Shown in pieces: positions 1 to 9,671 of a stretch of 64,000 bases of DNA (position 1 is the stretch's first letter; each line of letters opens with the position of its first letter). Location of the stretch: positions 512,001-576,000 of the forward strand of contig CAWEQH010000010.1 of the NCBI GenBank assembly GCA_963811165.1, written 5' to 3'. Source of the DNA: an uncultured Nitrospiraceae bacterium (GTDB lineage: Bacteria > Nitrospirota > Thermodesulfovibrionia > Thermodesulfovibrionales > UBA6898). A program made the position numbers and the translations under genes. The notes beneath the pieces were generated by a model, which was given only the letters and a program-made list of their open reading frames with translations, was not told where the DNA came from and made no database searches.

Positions 1-310
1 AATTTGCCGCCGCACTCTCTCAGCGGAGGACTTTATTATGACACAAAGATTTCATTTCCACAACGAACGGACACGACTAAAGGGCCGCCTGCAATGACGC
101 CCTTACGTCTCTTTAGAAGGGGTGGTTCCCGGTTCGTAAAACTCCTGGGTAAGCCGGCCCGCCAGCCGGGACACCGGTCATGAGTAAATTCCGCCTCCGG
201 GTGCCTCGCAGATATAATCCATCTTTTATCTCGTTGCATTATTTCTTCCGGGTGGTATATTGAGGTAAAGAGGACGGGTTTAGAAAGACAATATAAACGA
301 GGAGGAATAT

Positions 311-847
311 ATGGCGAAATGGAATATCGACCCTGATCACTCCGTTGCGGGCTTCACCATCAAACATATGATGGTCACAAACATCAGGGGGACGCTGACC
401 GGCGTCACCGGCACAATACTTTTCGATCCAGCGGCAATCGAAAGCTCTTCTGTCGAGGCGTCGCTCCCGCTGGCAGGACTTTCGACCGGCAACAAAAAAC
501 GTGAGGAGCATCTGATGTCCGCCGACTTTTTCGAATCCGCGCGCTTCCCGACAATAACCTTCAGAAGCACAAAGGTGGAAAAAACAGGGAACAATCGCGG
601 TAAGATCACAGGGGACCTCACTATGCACGGAGTTACGCGCCCTGTCACTATGGAGGCGGAATACTTCGGCCCGGTGAAGAGTCCGTCGGAACTCGGGGGA
701 GAGACGACCATGGGCTTCGCCGCATCACTAAAGATCAACCGGGAGGATTTCGGGATCATGTGGAATTTTCCCTTTGATAACGACAAACTGGTGGTGGGCA
801 AAGACGTCGATATATCCCTGGACATCGAGGCGGATTTGGCGGAATAA
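311..847 (+). CDS. yceI: YceI family polyisoprenoid-binding protein
   Basis: N-terminal WNIDPDHS..FTIKHMMVTNIRG, R..HL.SADFF...FP, GDLTMHGVTRPV, INREDFG motifs; GGAGG RBS upstream. Confidence 0.9.
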   Translation: MAKWNIDPDHSVAGFTIKHMMVTNIRGTLTGVTGTILFDPAAIESSSVEASLPLAGLSTGNKKREEHLMSADFFESARFPTITFRSTKVEKTGNNRGKITGDLTMHGVTRPVTMEAEYFGPVKSPSELGGETTMGFAASLKINREDFGIMWNFPFDNDKLVVGKDVDISLDIEADLAE

Positions 848-901
848 GCGGGGGACCTCTCTTCCGCCAGTCCCCTCTTTTAAGGGGGATATCCTTAGTC
901 T

Positions 902-1117
902 TTAGTCATTGAGCCGGTAACCCAACTTTTCTATGCTCTCCCTGGAGATTTTCATGATATGCTCTTCCGTACATTTTGAATCGTCGATGTCGATCACAAT
1001 TTTTCCTCCTTCGGTATCGATGGAATTGACGCCGTCCATCTTTCCGATGAATCTTCGCAGGGCCAGGGAACACTCTTCACAGAATTCTTTTTGGACATTT
1101 AAAGAAAGTCTCTTCAT
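902..1117 (-). CDS. Small heavy-metal-associated (HMA-like) domain protein
   Basis: 71 aa with a CEEC motif, then a helix and GV..I pattern typical of the HMA fold; GGGAG RBS; follows norB on the same strand. Confidence 0.6.
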   Translation of the reverse strand: MKRLSLNVQKEFCEECSLALRRFIGKMDGVNSIDTEGGKIVIDIDDSKCTEEHIMKISRESIEKLGYRLND

Positions 1118-1235
1118 CGTATTACTCCCTTCCTGGATACGTCGTACTTATCTCAAACATCAGAAATCCCGGTTTCTTGAGATGCTTGTTCTTGATAACA
1201 TCTGCCGACCCTGTCCTGTCAGGCATTCATAGCTC

Positions 1236-2555
1236 TTACGTTTTGGCCTTAGCCAGCCTGAAAAAATCGATGAGGAACATCGCCACACCGGCGGCGAATC
1301 CCCACGCCGATACCCAGAATACTGCGTACCACAGCTTCATGTATTCCTGAGTCGTGAGATAGTCCATGCCCAAGACCCTCTGGAAATAGGACTGGACGAT
1401 ACCGGCAATGGCAAGGGAGAGCGCCATCAATACCATGAAGGAGCACATGAACCAGAATGCCCTGATGCCAAGGGACTGTTTAAAGGTCGTGAGCTTTTTT
1501 ATTTGAGGCATAACAAAATATATCAAGGTGAGGTTCAGCATGGCGTAGGCGCCGAAGAACGCAAAGTGCCCGTGCGAAGCCGTTACCTGCGTACCGTGGG
1601 TCCATTGGTTGATCTGCGGGAGAGTATGGGCAAAGCCCCAGACGCCGGCGCCGAAGAAATGCATGACCGCACACCCTACGGCCCAGGACAGTGCCACCTT
1701 GTTCGTGATCTCCACCTTCCGCTCCCGCACCGAACGAAGTGTGTCGATGACCATAAAAAGAATGGGCAGCGGCTCAAGTGCGCTGAAGATTCCGCCCCAC
1801 CAGAGCCAGTATTTCGGCGTGCCAATCCAGTAGTAGTGATGGCCGGTGCCCACAATGCCCGTAAAAAGAACGAGGCCGATCTCGACATAGAGCCATTTTT
1901 CCACTAATGACCGGTCCACGCCGGTCAGTTTCATAAGCATGAAGGCCATGATGGCGCCCGTGACCAGTTCCCACGCCCCTTCCACCCAAAGATGGATCAC
2001 CCACCACCACCAGAAGTACTGGGTCGCGAGGTTCTTCATGAAGAACACGCCGAAGAGGAACATGCCCGCAAGCATCACGAGGCCCCCCAAAAGCACACCT
2101 TGGATCACGGTCCAGTTCTTCGTCTTCATCATTGTCATGAAAACGTTAAAGAGGAAGACGAGCGCCACAAGGACAATTCCCAATTTTAGAACCGTGGGCT
2201 GTTCCAGAAACGGCATGCCCCAGGTCCAGCCAAGGATATAGCCGATAATGGCCGTCACGCCGATGAGCGCAAACAGGATGAGCTGGAAGTTTGCCAGTTT
2301 TTTGCTATAGATCTCGGTCTGCGCCTCTTCCGGTACAAGGTAGTACGTCCCGCCCATGAAGCCAAATAGCAGCCATACCACCAGAAGATTTATGTGGATG
2401 GCCCGCGCAGTGTTAAACGGCAGGATGCTGATAAGGGGATCGAGGTCCCATACGTACTTGGCGCCCACGATCAGGCCGAAGACGATCTGCAGCCCAAAGA
2501 GCAGTGCCGCAACGATAAAGTAATGTATCGCTATCTTCTGTGACTCGTATTTCAT
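1236..2555 (-). CDS. norB: Nitric oxide reductase large subunit (cNOR, heme-copper oxidase superfamily)
   Basis: Highly hydrophobic; FNTARAIH, VIHLWVEGAWE, GTGHHYYWIG, LEPLP, HGTQVTASHGH motifs. Confidence 0.93.
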   Translation of the reverse strand: MKYESQKIAIHYFIVAALLFGLQIVFGLIVGAKYVWDLDPLISILPFNTARAIHINLLVVWLLFGFMGGTYYLVPEEAQTEIYSKKLANFQLILFALIGVTAIIGYILGWTWGMPFLEQPTVLKLGIVLVALVFLFNVFMTMMKTKNWTVIQGVLLGGLVMLAGMFLFGVFFMKNLATQYFWWWWVIHLWVEGAWELVTGAIMAFMLMKLTGVDRSLVEKWLYVEIGLVLFTGIVGTGHHYYWIGTPKYWLWWGGIFSALEPLPILFMVIDTLRSVRERKVEITNKVALSWAVGCAVMHFFGAGVWGFAHTLPQINQWTHGTQVTASHGHFAFFGAYAMLNLTLIYFVMPQIKKLTTFKQSLGIRAFWFMCSFMVLMALSLAIAGIVQSYFQRVLGMDYLTTQEYMKLWYAVFWVSAWGFAAGVAMFLIDFFRLAKAKT

Positions 2556-2566
2556 TTCATTCCTCC

Positions 2567-3238
2567 TTATCGCAACCCCGCGAGATAGTGCACAAGGTCT
2601 TCAATGTCCTTACCGGAAAGCTTCGTAAAGCTCGGCATGATGGACTGAGGGTTGTGCGATTTCGGATTCCTGAGCTGCTCCTCGATCCATTCCGGGTCAT
2701 GAATCTTCCCCACGTGGGACAGGTCCGGTCCTACCTTGCCGCCGACACCGGCGATGCTGTGGCATGCGGAGCACCCCTGGGCCTTATAGACCGCTTCGCC
2801 CGGAGTGACGGAAGTCACTGCAGACGCCACCATGGGTTTCGGGGGCCAGTTGTTCGTATCGATTCCGTTTACCCAAGTCAGAAAAGCCACAAGATCGGCG
2901 ATCTCTTGGTCCGTAAGCTGGAGATTGGGCATCTTCCGCGCATTCGGCCATACTTTTTCCGGGTCCTTCAAAAATCGCCTCACCCATTCGCTTTCCCGGG
3001 TGTTCATGACCTTCGTTACATCCGGGGCGTAATAGCCCCCAATGCCGAGGATCGTATGGCAGTCGTTACAGTTATGCTTCTGCCATACCCACTTACCGTC
3101 AGCAACGTGGACATCCAGTTTTGCTTCCTTCGTTCTTTTCGGCATCTGGACCAGAGAGTCATAAGTGAGAAAAAGGAAGATCACGGCAGAAATCGCCGTA
3201 CCCAAGATGAAAATTGCCTTTCCTTGCGACAGCGTCAT
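2567..3238 (-). CDS. norC: Nitric oxide reductase cytochrome c subunit with an extra C-terminal c-heme domain
   Basis: N-terminal TM helix; GKWVW..HNCNDCHTILG.GGYYAPD NorC signature; second CSACH domain with VGPDL and SIMP; directly upstream of norB. Confidence 0.88.
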   Translation of the reverse strand: MTLSQGKAIFILGTAISAVIFLFLTYDSLVQMPKRTKEAKLDVHVADGKWVWQKHNCNDCHTILGIGGYYAPDVTKVMNTRESEWVRRFLKDPEKVWPNARKMPNLQLTDQEIADLVAFLTWVNGIDTNNWPPKPMVASAVTSVTPGEAVYKAQGCSACHSIAGVGGKVGPDLSHVGKIHDPEWIEEQLRNPKSHNPQSIMPSFTKLSGKDIEDLVHYLAGLR

Positions 3239-3410
3239 AGTTCCTCCCTTTTTGTTAAGTAAGGTTGCTCATTTGAAAGACACACAGGGTCGCCAAAGTG
3301 AACATTATGGAATATTTCATTTACGTACCCTTCAGCATGTGATTACGTAAAAAAGGTTGACGCAGGGAATAAATCAAGTCTACCAAATTTCATTTGATTG
3401 TCAAGGAATT

Positions 3411-3436
3411 GGTCTTGCGGTCTTGCGGTCTTGCGG
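3411..3436. repeat. Short tandem repeat (GGTCTTGC)x3
   Basis: ggtcttgc ggtcttgc ggtcttgc gg read directly in the norC / DUF488 divergent intergenic region. Confidence 0.85.
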
Positions 3437-3708
3437 CGCTTTGCTTTCAAGATGCCGGAGAGAACCGGGGTTGATCAGGTCCAATATCTCTTAGCTGCCT
3501 GCAAAGTCCCGGAAGCTTTTTCCGATGTGCTTCCCCGGCCGCTGATTCGATAAATACGGCCTTTTCAGCATTGACAAAAGAGTTATTAGTGATAAGTTTT
3601 AACATATACGTACGTGCGGTTTTTTTCACTATGAGCCCGGGGAAACGAAGGGATCTATGGAGGGAACGGAGATACAATCTTTGTCTGTGAAGGAGGAGAA
3701 GGTAGCCG

Positions 3709-4104
3709 GTGGTAAAGACAAAAAGGATATATGATCCGGCGTCGCCGGACGACGGCAGGAGAATCCTCATCGACCGCCTATGGCCGAGAGGAATCAAAAA
3801 AGAAGAGGCGAAAATCGATGAGTGGCTGAGAGATGTCGCTCCGAGTGCCGAACTCCGCAAATGGTTTTCCCATGACCCTGAAAAATGGCAGGAATTCAGA
3901 AAACGCTATAAAAGAGAATTAAAGGATAAGTCAGAGCTGGTAAGAACGCTTAGGGCAAAAGCGAAGAAAGGAACTATTACCCTCCTTTTTGCATCGAAAG
4001 ACACCGAGCATGTCAATGCAACAGTGCTGAAGGAGGTACTCGATGGGTCCCCGGCAACAGAAACCAAAAGAAGATTACACAACAGGAATAAGACGGAGGG
4101 TTAA
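3709..4104 (+). CDS. DUF488 (YeaO-like) family protein
   Basis: KRIYDP...[46 protein letters not shown] motifs. Confidence 0.9.
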   Translation: MVKTKRIYDPASPDDGRRILIDRLWPRGIKKEEAKIDEWLRDVAPSAELRKWFSHDPEKWQEFRKRYKRELKDKSELVRTLRAKAKKGTITLLFASKDTEHVNATVLKEVLDGSPATETKRRLHNRNKTEG

Positions 4105-4105
4105 C

Positions 4106-5491
4106 TTGGCAGTTACCAATTCTGACGCATTTGTTTTCTTCGGCGCGACCGGGGATCTGGCATATAAGCAGATATTCCCTGCGCTTCAGGCGATGATCCG
4201 GAGCGGCTACCTGGATGCTCCTGTCATCGGTGTGGCTAAAGCAGGATGGGATTTTGACAAATTCAAAGAACATGCCAGGGATAGTCTCGAAAAACATGGG
4301 GGTGTAAATGAGAAGGCCTTTGCAAAGCTATGCGCGTTGTTAACCTATATTGACGGCGATTACCGCGATGCCGCGACATATGAGACGTTGCGCCGTGCGC
4401 TTGGGGGGTCCACGCGGCCCTTGCACTACCTTGCGATCCCTCCAAGCATGTTCGCCACCGTGGTCGAAGGACTCGCCAAGTCCGGCTGCGCGCAAAACGC
4501 CCGCGTGGTTGTCGAGAAGCCCTTCGGGCGCGACCTCGCCTCTGCCGGTGAGTTAAACAGAATCCTCACCTCGGCATTTCCCGAACCGGCAATCTTTCGC
4601 ATAGACCACTTCCTGGGTAAGGAGCCGGTGCAGAACCTTCTCTATTTCCGTTTTGCCAACTCTTTTTTGGAGCCCATCTGGAATCGTAACTACGTCGAAA
4701 GCGTGCAGATTACCCTGTGCGAAAATTTCGGCGTGGAAGGTCGCGGACGTCTGTATGAAGAACTAGGCGCAATTCGCGACGTTATGCAAAACCACATGCT
4801 GCAGGTCATGGTCCTGCTCGCTATTGATGCCCCACCCAGCGGCGATCCGGAAGCGATACGCGACGAAAAGATGCAGGTCTTCAGGGCCATACGGTCACTG
4901 GGTCCCGGGGATATCGTGCGGGGCCAATACCGCGGCTACCGTCAGGAGAAGGACGTTGACTCCCGCTCGCAGGTTGAAACGTTCGCCGCGGTGCGGCTCC
5001 ATATCGATACCTGGCGCTGGGCAGGCGTGCCGTTTTACATCCGGGTGGGTAAGCGGCTGCCCTTTACGGCCAACGAAGTCTTGGTTACGCTCAAGCGCCC
5101 CCCGCAGACGATCTTTGATGAGATCGGGCATTTCCAGGCAAACTATTTCCATTTCCGCCTCAGTCCCGATGTATGTATCTCTTTGGGCGCGCGGACCAAA
5201 GTGCCCGGAGAATCCATGGTCGGCCAGGAGATAGAGCTATTTGCGTGTCAAAACTTCGTCGAGGAGATGTCCCCCTATGAGCGTCTTCTTAGCGATGCCA
5301 TGAAGGGTGACGCGTCCCTTTTTGCCCGCAGAGACGCTGTCGAAGCAGCGTGGCGCGTTATAGACCCTATCCTGGAAAACGTGATCCCGCTTTATGAGTA
5401 CGAACCGAACACCTGGGGACCGCCGGAGGCAGAAAGACTTATTACGGGCGATGGGGGTTGGCACAATCCAAATCCGGAAGAAACACGCTAG
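4106..5491 (+). CDS. zwf: Glucose-6-phosphate 1-dehydrogenase
   Basis: [49 protein letters not shown] start at 4106 after GGAGG (ORF track starts at 4043). Confidence 0.95.
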   Translation: MAVTNSDAFVFFGATGDLAYKQIFPALQAMIRSGYLDAPVIGVAKAGWDFDKFKEHARDSLEKHGGVNEKAFAKLCALLTYIDGDYRDAATYETLRRALGGSTRPLHYLAIPPSMFATVVEGLAKSGCAQNARVVVEKPFGRDLASAGELNRILTSAFPEPAIFRIDHFLGKEPVQNLLYFRFANSFLEPIWNRNYVESVQITLCENFGVEGRGRLYEELGAIRDVMQNHMLQVMVLLAIDAPPSGDPEAIRDEKMQVFRAIRSLGPGDIVRGQYRGYRQEKDVDSRSQVETFAAVRLHIDTWRWAGVPFYIRVGKRLPFTANEVLVTLKRPPQTIFDEIGHFQANYFHFRLSPDVCISLGARTKVPGESMVGQEIELFACQNFVEEMSPYERLLSDAMKGDASLFARRDAVEAAWRVIDPILENVIPLYEYEPNTWGPPEAERLITGDGGWHNPNPEETR

Positions 5492-5634
5492 TGACATCAC
5501 CAGGCGGCGCCACTCGCTGCTGAGCGTGTGCGAAGGTCGTCGCCGTGGGAGGAATTTTTATTTGGGTTGCAGCACGGAACCGTTATAAAATACTTCGCAT
5601 TGACCGCCTTCGACAAAGCGTTTTACCTTCTATA

Positions 5635-6204
5635 TCAGCGCCTGCTTAGCAGCGGAGCAGTGAAGAAGTTGTAGATCGCCGCCGCAATTATCTTCTTATT
5701 GGTCCTTGCGTGGATATCGAGCACCCTTTCGAATACCAGGGCGATCTTTTCGGAGCTCAGAACGCCATTGTCAAAAATCGTCTGCATTATTCCACCGCTT
5801 AGCTCCACCGTTATCCTCATGACGTCAAATTGCCCTTCCCCGTCGATCCCCAGCGCCTTGTAGAAGTCGTCTTCGTGGTGGTTGAAACCGTGAGTAGTTG
5901 AGAAATCACTTCTCTTTGTCATCACGTGATGATAATAGTCCGAGGGGTCATTCGCCAGGTGGTCCAGTACTTCGCCCAGACACCGCGCCTTTTTACGAAC
6001 ATCTCCTTCGGCCTCCAGGGCGGTCAGGATATATTCAACCCCTTTCGACCGGGGTGCGATTCCGATATGGGACATAAGGATCGTACAGAGCGACCTTGAA
6101 TCTTCTTCGAGCGGAGAGTTTAAGCCCGCATACCATGCCTCTCCTCCGGGGTCCTTGTTCTCCCTTCTGTCCTGTATGTCCGGTTTTCTCTCTTCAGGGT
6201 CCAT
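5635..6204 (-). CDS. Hypothetical protein
   Basis: Long ORF; ATG at 6204 preceded by AAGGAGG; no recognised motif. Confidence 0.55.
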   Translation of the reverse strand: MDPEERKPDIQDRRENKDPGGEAWYAGLNSPLEEDSRSLCTILMSHIGIAPRSKGVEYILTALEAEGDVRKKARCLGEVLDHLANDPSDYYHHVMTKRSDFSTTHGFNHHEDDFYKALGIDGEGQFDVMRITVELSGGIMQTIFDNGVLSSEKIALVFERVLDIHARTNKKIIAAAIYNFFTAPLLSRR

Positions 6205-6341
6205 CGTTTCCTCCTTTGATTCCGATACAGCCGCAGGTACTACAAACATCTTTCCTGGTTTTATGTTACCCCCGGGACCGGATATTTTAAACTGCCGAGG
6301 CAAGATGAGAAGGTCTTTATCGGTTCCCTGAGTCCCTGCAT

Positions 6342-7154
6342 TCAGCTTTTTAGAGCCCCAAAAATCGTTGCGATGCCGAATGTCATCGAATGCACATTCA
6401 CGTCTGTAAAACCGCAGTTCCCCAAAGTGCCCGCGAATGTTTCAGATGAGGGAAAGGCGCTGATCGACATGGGCAGATAATTATATGGTACCGCCGTCTT
6501 GAGTATCTTCATCGCGATAAAGGGCATAACCCTGAAACAATACACCTTATAAAGCGGTTTGACCCAACGGTTCTTTGGAGGGGTGAGTTCAAGACAACAG
6601 AATCTCCCGCCCGGCTTAAGGACCCTGAAGGCCTCATGCAGGGCAGCGGCCGTATCCGGGATATTTCTCATCCCGAAAGAAACTGTCACCGCGTCAAAGG
6701 AGTTATCCGGAAAGTTAAGCTTTTTTGCGTCTGAAAGGGAAAAGCTAAGGTTCGACAAGCCGGGACTAAGCTTCCTTGCCGCCTCGCCGAGCATTTCCTT
6801 ACTGAAGTCTACGCCATGGACCGATCCCTGTTCGCCCACCCTTTTCGACAGTAAGAAGGCCAATTTACCGGTACCCGTACATACATCGAGGACCTTCTCC
6901 CCCCCCTTTAGCCTAAGCAGTGAAACAAGCCTCCGCCGCCATCCCTGGTCAAGACCGAAACTGAAAAATGAGCTCAAAAAATCAATATCCGACGCTATGA
7001 TTGCGAATATGGCCTTTATGAAAGTGTCCCTGTCACTTTGCGTAGTATTATTTGCCGGTCTGCCGTCACCCACCCTCTTCATTTCTCCCGAGGCATACGG
7101 ATTTAGATATCCTTCACTATTTCGTTGATCCAGAGGATCATCATTTGTCGCCAT
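6342..7154 (-). CDS. UbiE/MenG family quinone C-methyltransferase
   Basis: SFGLDQGWRR, VLDVCTGTG SAM-binding motif, FDAVTVSFGMRN, RVLKPGG, YNYLP.SI..FP. Confidence 0.85.
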   Translation of the reverse strand: MATNDDPLDQRNSEGYLNPYASGEMKRVGDGRPANNTTQSDRDTFIKAIFAIIASDIDFLSSFFSFGLDQGWRRRLVSLLRLKGGEKVLDVCTGTGKLAFLLSKRVGEQGSVHGVDFSKEMLGEAARKLSPGLSNLSFSLSDAKKLNFPDNSFDAVTVSFGMRNIPDTAAALHEAFRVLKPGGRFCCLELTPPKNRWVKPLYKVYCFRVMPFIAMKILKTAVPYNYLPMSISAFPSSETFAGTLGNCGFTDVNVHSMTFGIATIFGALKS

Positions 7155-7346
7155 AGCCTAACATCATCCCTCAACTTATGTTATTAATCTATTAACCATA
7201 CGCTTAGCCCATTATATATCAGATATTTGGGCCCGCAAAGTCGCACCGGAAGAAAAAAGCGCTCGCTCTTCCCATTCCTTTTTGAACAGAACCCCGGCAG
7301 TGTGTATGACCCCCAACAGAAAAGGGTTATACTTGATATAATTGCC

Positions 7347-8600
7347 ATGCGTATTGATAGATTCTTCGGAAAACACTCACCGAAACTGGGCGGGCTCGAT
7401 GTCCTCAAGTTCGTCGGGCCCGGATTTCTGGTGACGGTTGGGTTCATCGACCCCGGCAACTGGGCCACGAACGTCGCGGCCGGCTCCTCCTACGGATATG
7501 GTCTCCTCTGGGTCGTGACACTATCCACTGTTATGCTTATCATACTGCAGCATAATGCCGCCCACCTGGGGATAGTCACCGGACTCTGTCTCGCCGAATC
7601 GTCCACAAAATTCTTCAGCGGGCCGGTAAGCAAACTCTTTCTTTCAAGCGCCCTGATCGCAACTATTTCGACCGCACTGGCGGAGGTCCTGGGCGCGGCA
7701 ATAGGACTCAACATGCTCTTTAAGATCCCGATCCAAACCGGCGCTCTCATAACCTCCGTGGCCGCCGGGTATCTATTGTTCTCCAACAGCTACAGAAAAC
7801 TCGAACGATGGATCATAGCCATCGTCTCGATCATCGGGTTTTCATTCCTCTTCGAATTGAGTCTCGTCCACATCGGATGGACAGACGCGGCGAAAGGATG
7901 GACAGTGCCGGCGATCCCCTCACACTCGCTTCCCATTGTACTGAGCGTACTTGGGGCAGTAGTCATGCCGCACAATCTCTTCCTGCATTCCGAAATCATT
8001 CAGTCCAGGCAGCTGCACATCCAGGGTGAAGAGGCGATACGCGCACAACTGAAATATGAATTTACCGATACGCTTTTTGCGATGCTTATAGGATGGGCCA
8101 TAAACAGCGCCATTATTATCATGGCCGCATCCGTTTTCTATTCCCGCGGGACCGCTGTTACAGACCTCGCGCAGGCGGATGCAACGCTGAAACCCCTTCT
8201 TGGAAATGCAGCCGGAATCGTCTTCGGCTCTGCCCTTATCCTTGCCGGGTTCTCCTCTTCGGTCACCGCCGCCATGGCCGGCGGAAGCATTTTCGCCGGG
8301 ATATTCGGCGAGCCTTTCGACATCTCCGACACCCACTCCAAAACCGGAGCCGCCGTAACACTGACCGGGGCAGTGATTGCAGTTTTCCTTCTCAAGGACC
8401 TTTTTCAGGGTCTCATCTGGAGCCAGATCGTTTTAAGCATCCAGCTGCCGTGGTCGATCTTCTCCTTAGTGGCCCTCACCTCCTCCTCAAAGGTGATGGG
8501 AAAATTCTCGAATTCCTTCCGGGACAATATTTTTTTATGGTCTACTGCGGCCGTCGTCTCGGTTTTAAACGTCATGCTTTTTCTCAGCATGCTTCGGTGA
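7347..8600 (+). CDS. mntH: Nramp family divalent metal (Mn2+/Fe2+) transporter
   Basis: GPGFLVTVGFIDPGNWAT (TM1) and GAVVMPHNLFLHS (TM6) signatures; likely start ATG 7347 (ORF track 7227). Confidence 0.9.
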   Translation: MRIDRFFGKHSPKLGGLDVLKFVGPGFLVTVGFIDPGNWATNVAAGSSYGYGLLWVVTLSTVMLIILQHNAAHLGIVTGLCLAESSTKFFSGPVSKLFLSSALIATISTALAEVLGAAIGLNMLFKIPIQTGALITSVAAGYLLFSNSYRKLERWIIAIVSIIGFSFLFELSLVHIGWTDAAKGWTVPAIPSHSLPIVLSVLGAVVMPHNLFLHSEIIQSRQLHIQGEEAIRAQLKYEFTDTLFAMLIGWAINSAIIIMAASVFYSRGTAVTDLAQADATLKPLLGNAAGIVFGSALILAGFSSSVTAAMAGGSIFAGIFGEPFDISDTHSKTGAAVTLTGAVIAVFLLKDLFQGLIWSQIVLSIQLPWSIFSLVALTSSSKVMGKFSNSFRDNIFLWSTAAVVSVLNVMLFLSMLR

Positions 8601-8734
8601 AGACCTTCTTTAGCCGTGACGGAGCGAGTTATACACAAAGTGCCTTACGATAAAGATTTGCGGAGTCGTGAAAGAGTGGCAGCGGGACCGCTTCTACGGT
8701 CTTCGTTTCCCCTTTTTTGCAAGGGGCCGACGTC

Positions 8735-8926
8735 TCATCCTGATTTTTCTCGGTCTTCATCAGCAAAGAAATGCATGAGAAATTCCCCGTCCTTGGGGGG
8801 AAGATCAAACTTCAGACAGGCCTTTTCAATCAACGTAAAAAGTGCTGCTCCGGGATTATCGACACGCTCATCCGATATCCACTTGATCGCCTTTCTCAGT
8901 TGTTCACCCTCGGGGACAATACTCAT
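8735..8926 (-). CDS. Small hypothetical protein
   Basis: 63 aa, PEGEQLRKAIKWIS...A..KFDL.PKD.EFL; resembles small proteins of anaerobic bacteria, function unknown. Confidence 0.65.
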   Translation of the reverse strand: MSIVPEGEQLRKAIKWISDERVDNPGAALFTLIEKACLKFDLPPKDGEFLMHFFADEDREKSG

Positions 8927-9092
8927 TATATTTTCCCTTCCACCAATTTAATTGCCTACCCCGCATAAATGCAGCTTGTAATGTACAACATTTCCGCAAT
9001 TTTTGGAACTCACGTCTTCCCCATGAGATAAAAACAGGGGTAAAGAAGGCGGTCAAATCCGTTTTGCCTGACTGCTCCGGGACCTCGCCCTG

Positions 9093-9671
9093 CTATTTTT
9101 TCCTCCGCCACGGAAGATATCCGGGCACCCTTTCTTTATATTGAACATATTCTTCGCCGAAGCGGAGGAGGAGTTCCTTTTCCTCAAGAGGAATAATTAC
9201 TGCGTTCATAACCAGGAAATCGAGCAGCGCTACGACCCCTACGGCTATCACACCCGACAAGAGAAAAGCCCCGCCGAACATAAGAGTATGGGCAAGATAG
9301 GTCGGGTGCCTCACAAAAGAAAAAGCCCCGCCGGTTACGAGTCTGCCTTCGGCCTTCTGAGACACCTCGGGAAGTCCCATAAGCCCAAAAAGACTGAGTA
9401 GCCTCCCGGTCCAGATCTGAAGCAGCGCGCCCACGGTCATGATGACAATTCCCGCGATACGGATCAAGGGGTGCAAATCGATCCTGTACTGAAGGAGAAA
9501 GGCCCGATTGAGGTAAATATAATACGCAAGGGGCGGCCAGATGAGGGCGGGCATAACATAGGTCAATCTACCGATCCTCTTGAAAAATTCTGAGAAACCG
9601 TGTACCAGCATCCAGAAAAGGGGTATGACCGGCCAGACAATAATTGTGAGGAGCGCGATAAGGTCGATCAA
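9093..9671 (-). CDS. Isoprenylcysteine carboxyl methyltransferase (ICMT/PEMT) family membrane methyltransferase
   Basis: Multiple TM helices; LVTGGAFSFVRHPTY and EE..L...FGEEY..Y..RVP motifs; ATGA overlap with the upstream radical SAM gene. Confidence 0.85.
   Translation of the reverse strand: MIDLIALLTIIVWPVIPLFWMLVHGFSEFFKRIGRLTYVMPALIWPPLAYYIYLNRAFLLQYRIDLHPLIRIAGIVIMTVGALLQIWTGRLLSLFGLMGLPEVSQKAEGRLVTGGAFSFVRHPTYLAHTLMFGGAFLLSGVIAVGVVALLDFLVMNAVIIPLEEKELLLRFGEEYVQYKERVPGYLPWRRKK

Noticed and set aside
38..97. 19-codon ORF (MTQRFHFHNERTRLKGRLQ) with a good GGAGG RBS, ending in TGA
   Set aside because: Too short, no Cys-like context or SECIS-like hairpin at the right distance, and readthrough ends 14 codons later. 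At most a gene remnant.
3300..3410. FNR/DNR/NsrR-type site upstream of norC (TTGA... and ...TCAA half-sites)
   Set aside because: Half-sites are not at the TTGAT-N4-ATCAA spacing; no clean palindrome.
8956..9024. Minus-strand ATG GGG AAG ACG TGA..., a possible second Sec peptide downstream of the methyltransferase
   Set aside because: No RBS, no convincing SECIS-like hairpin and no similarity to the precursor.
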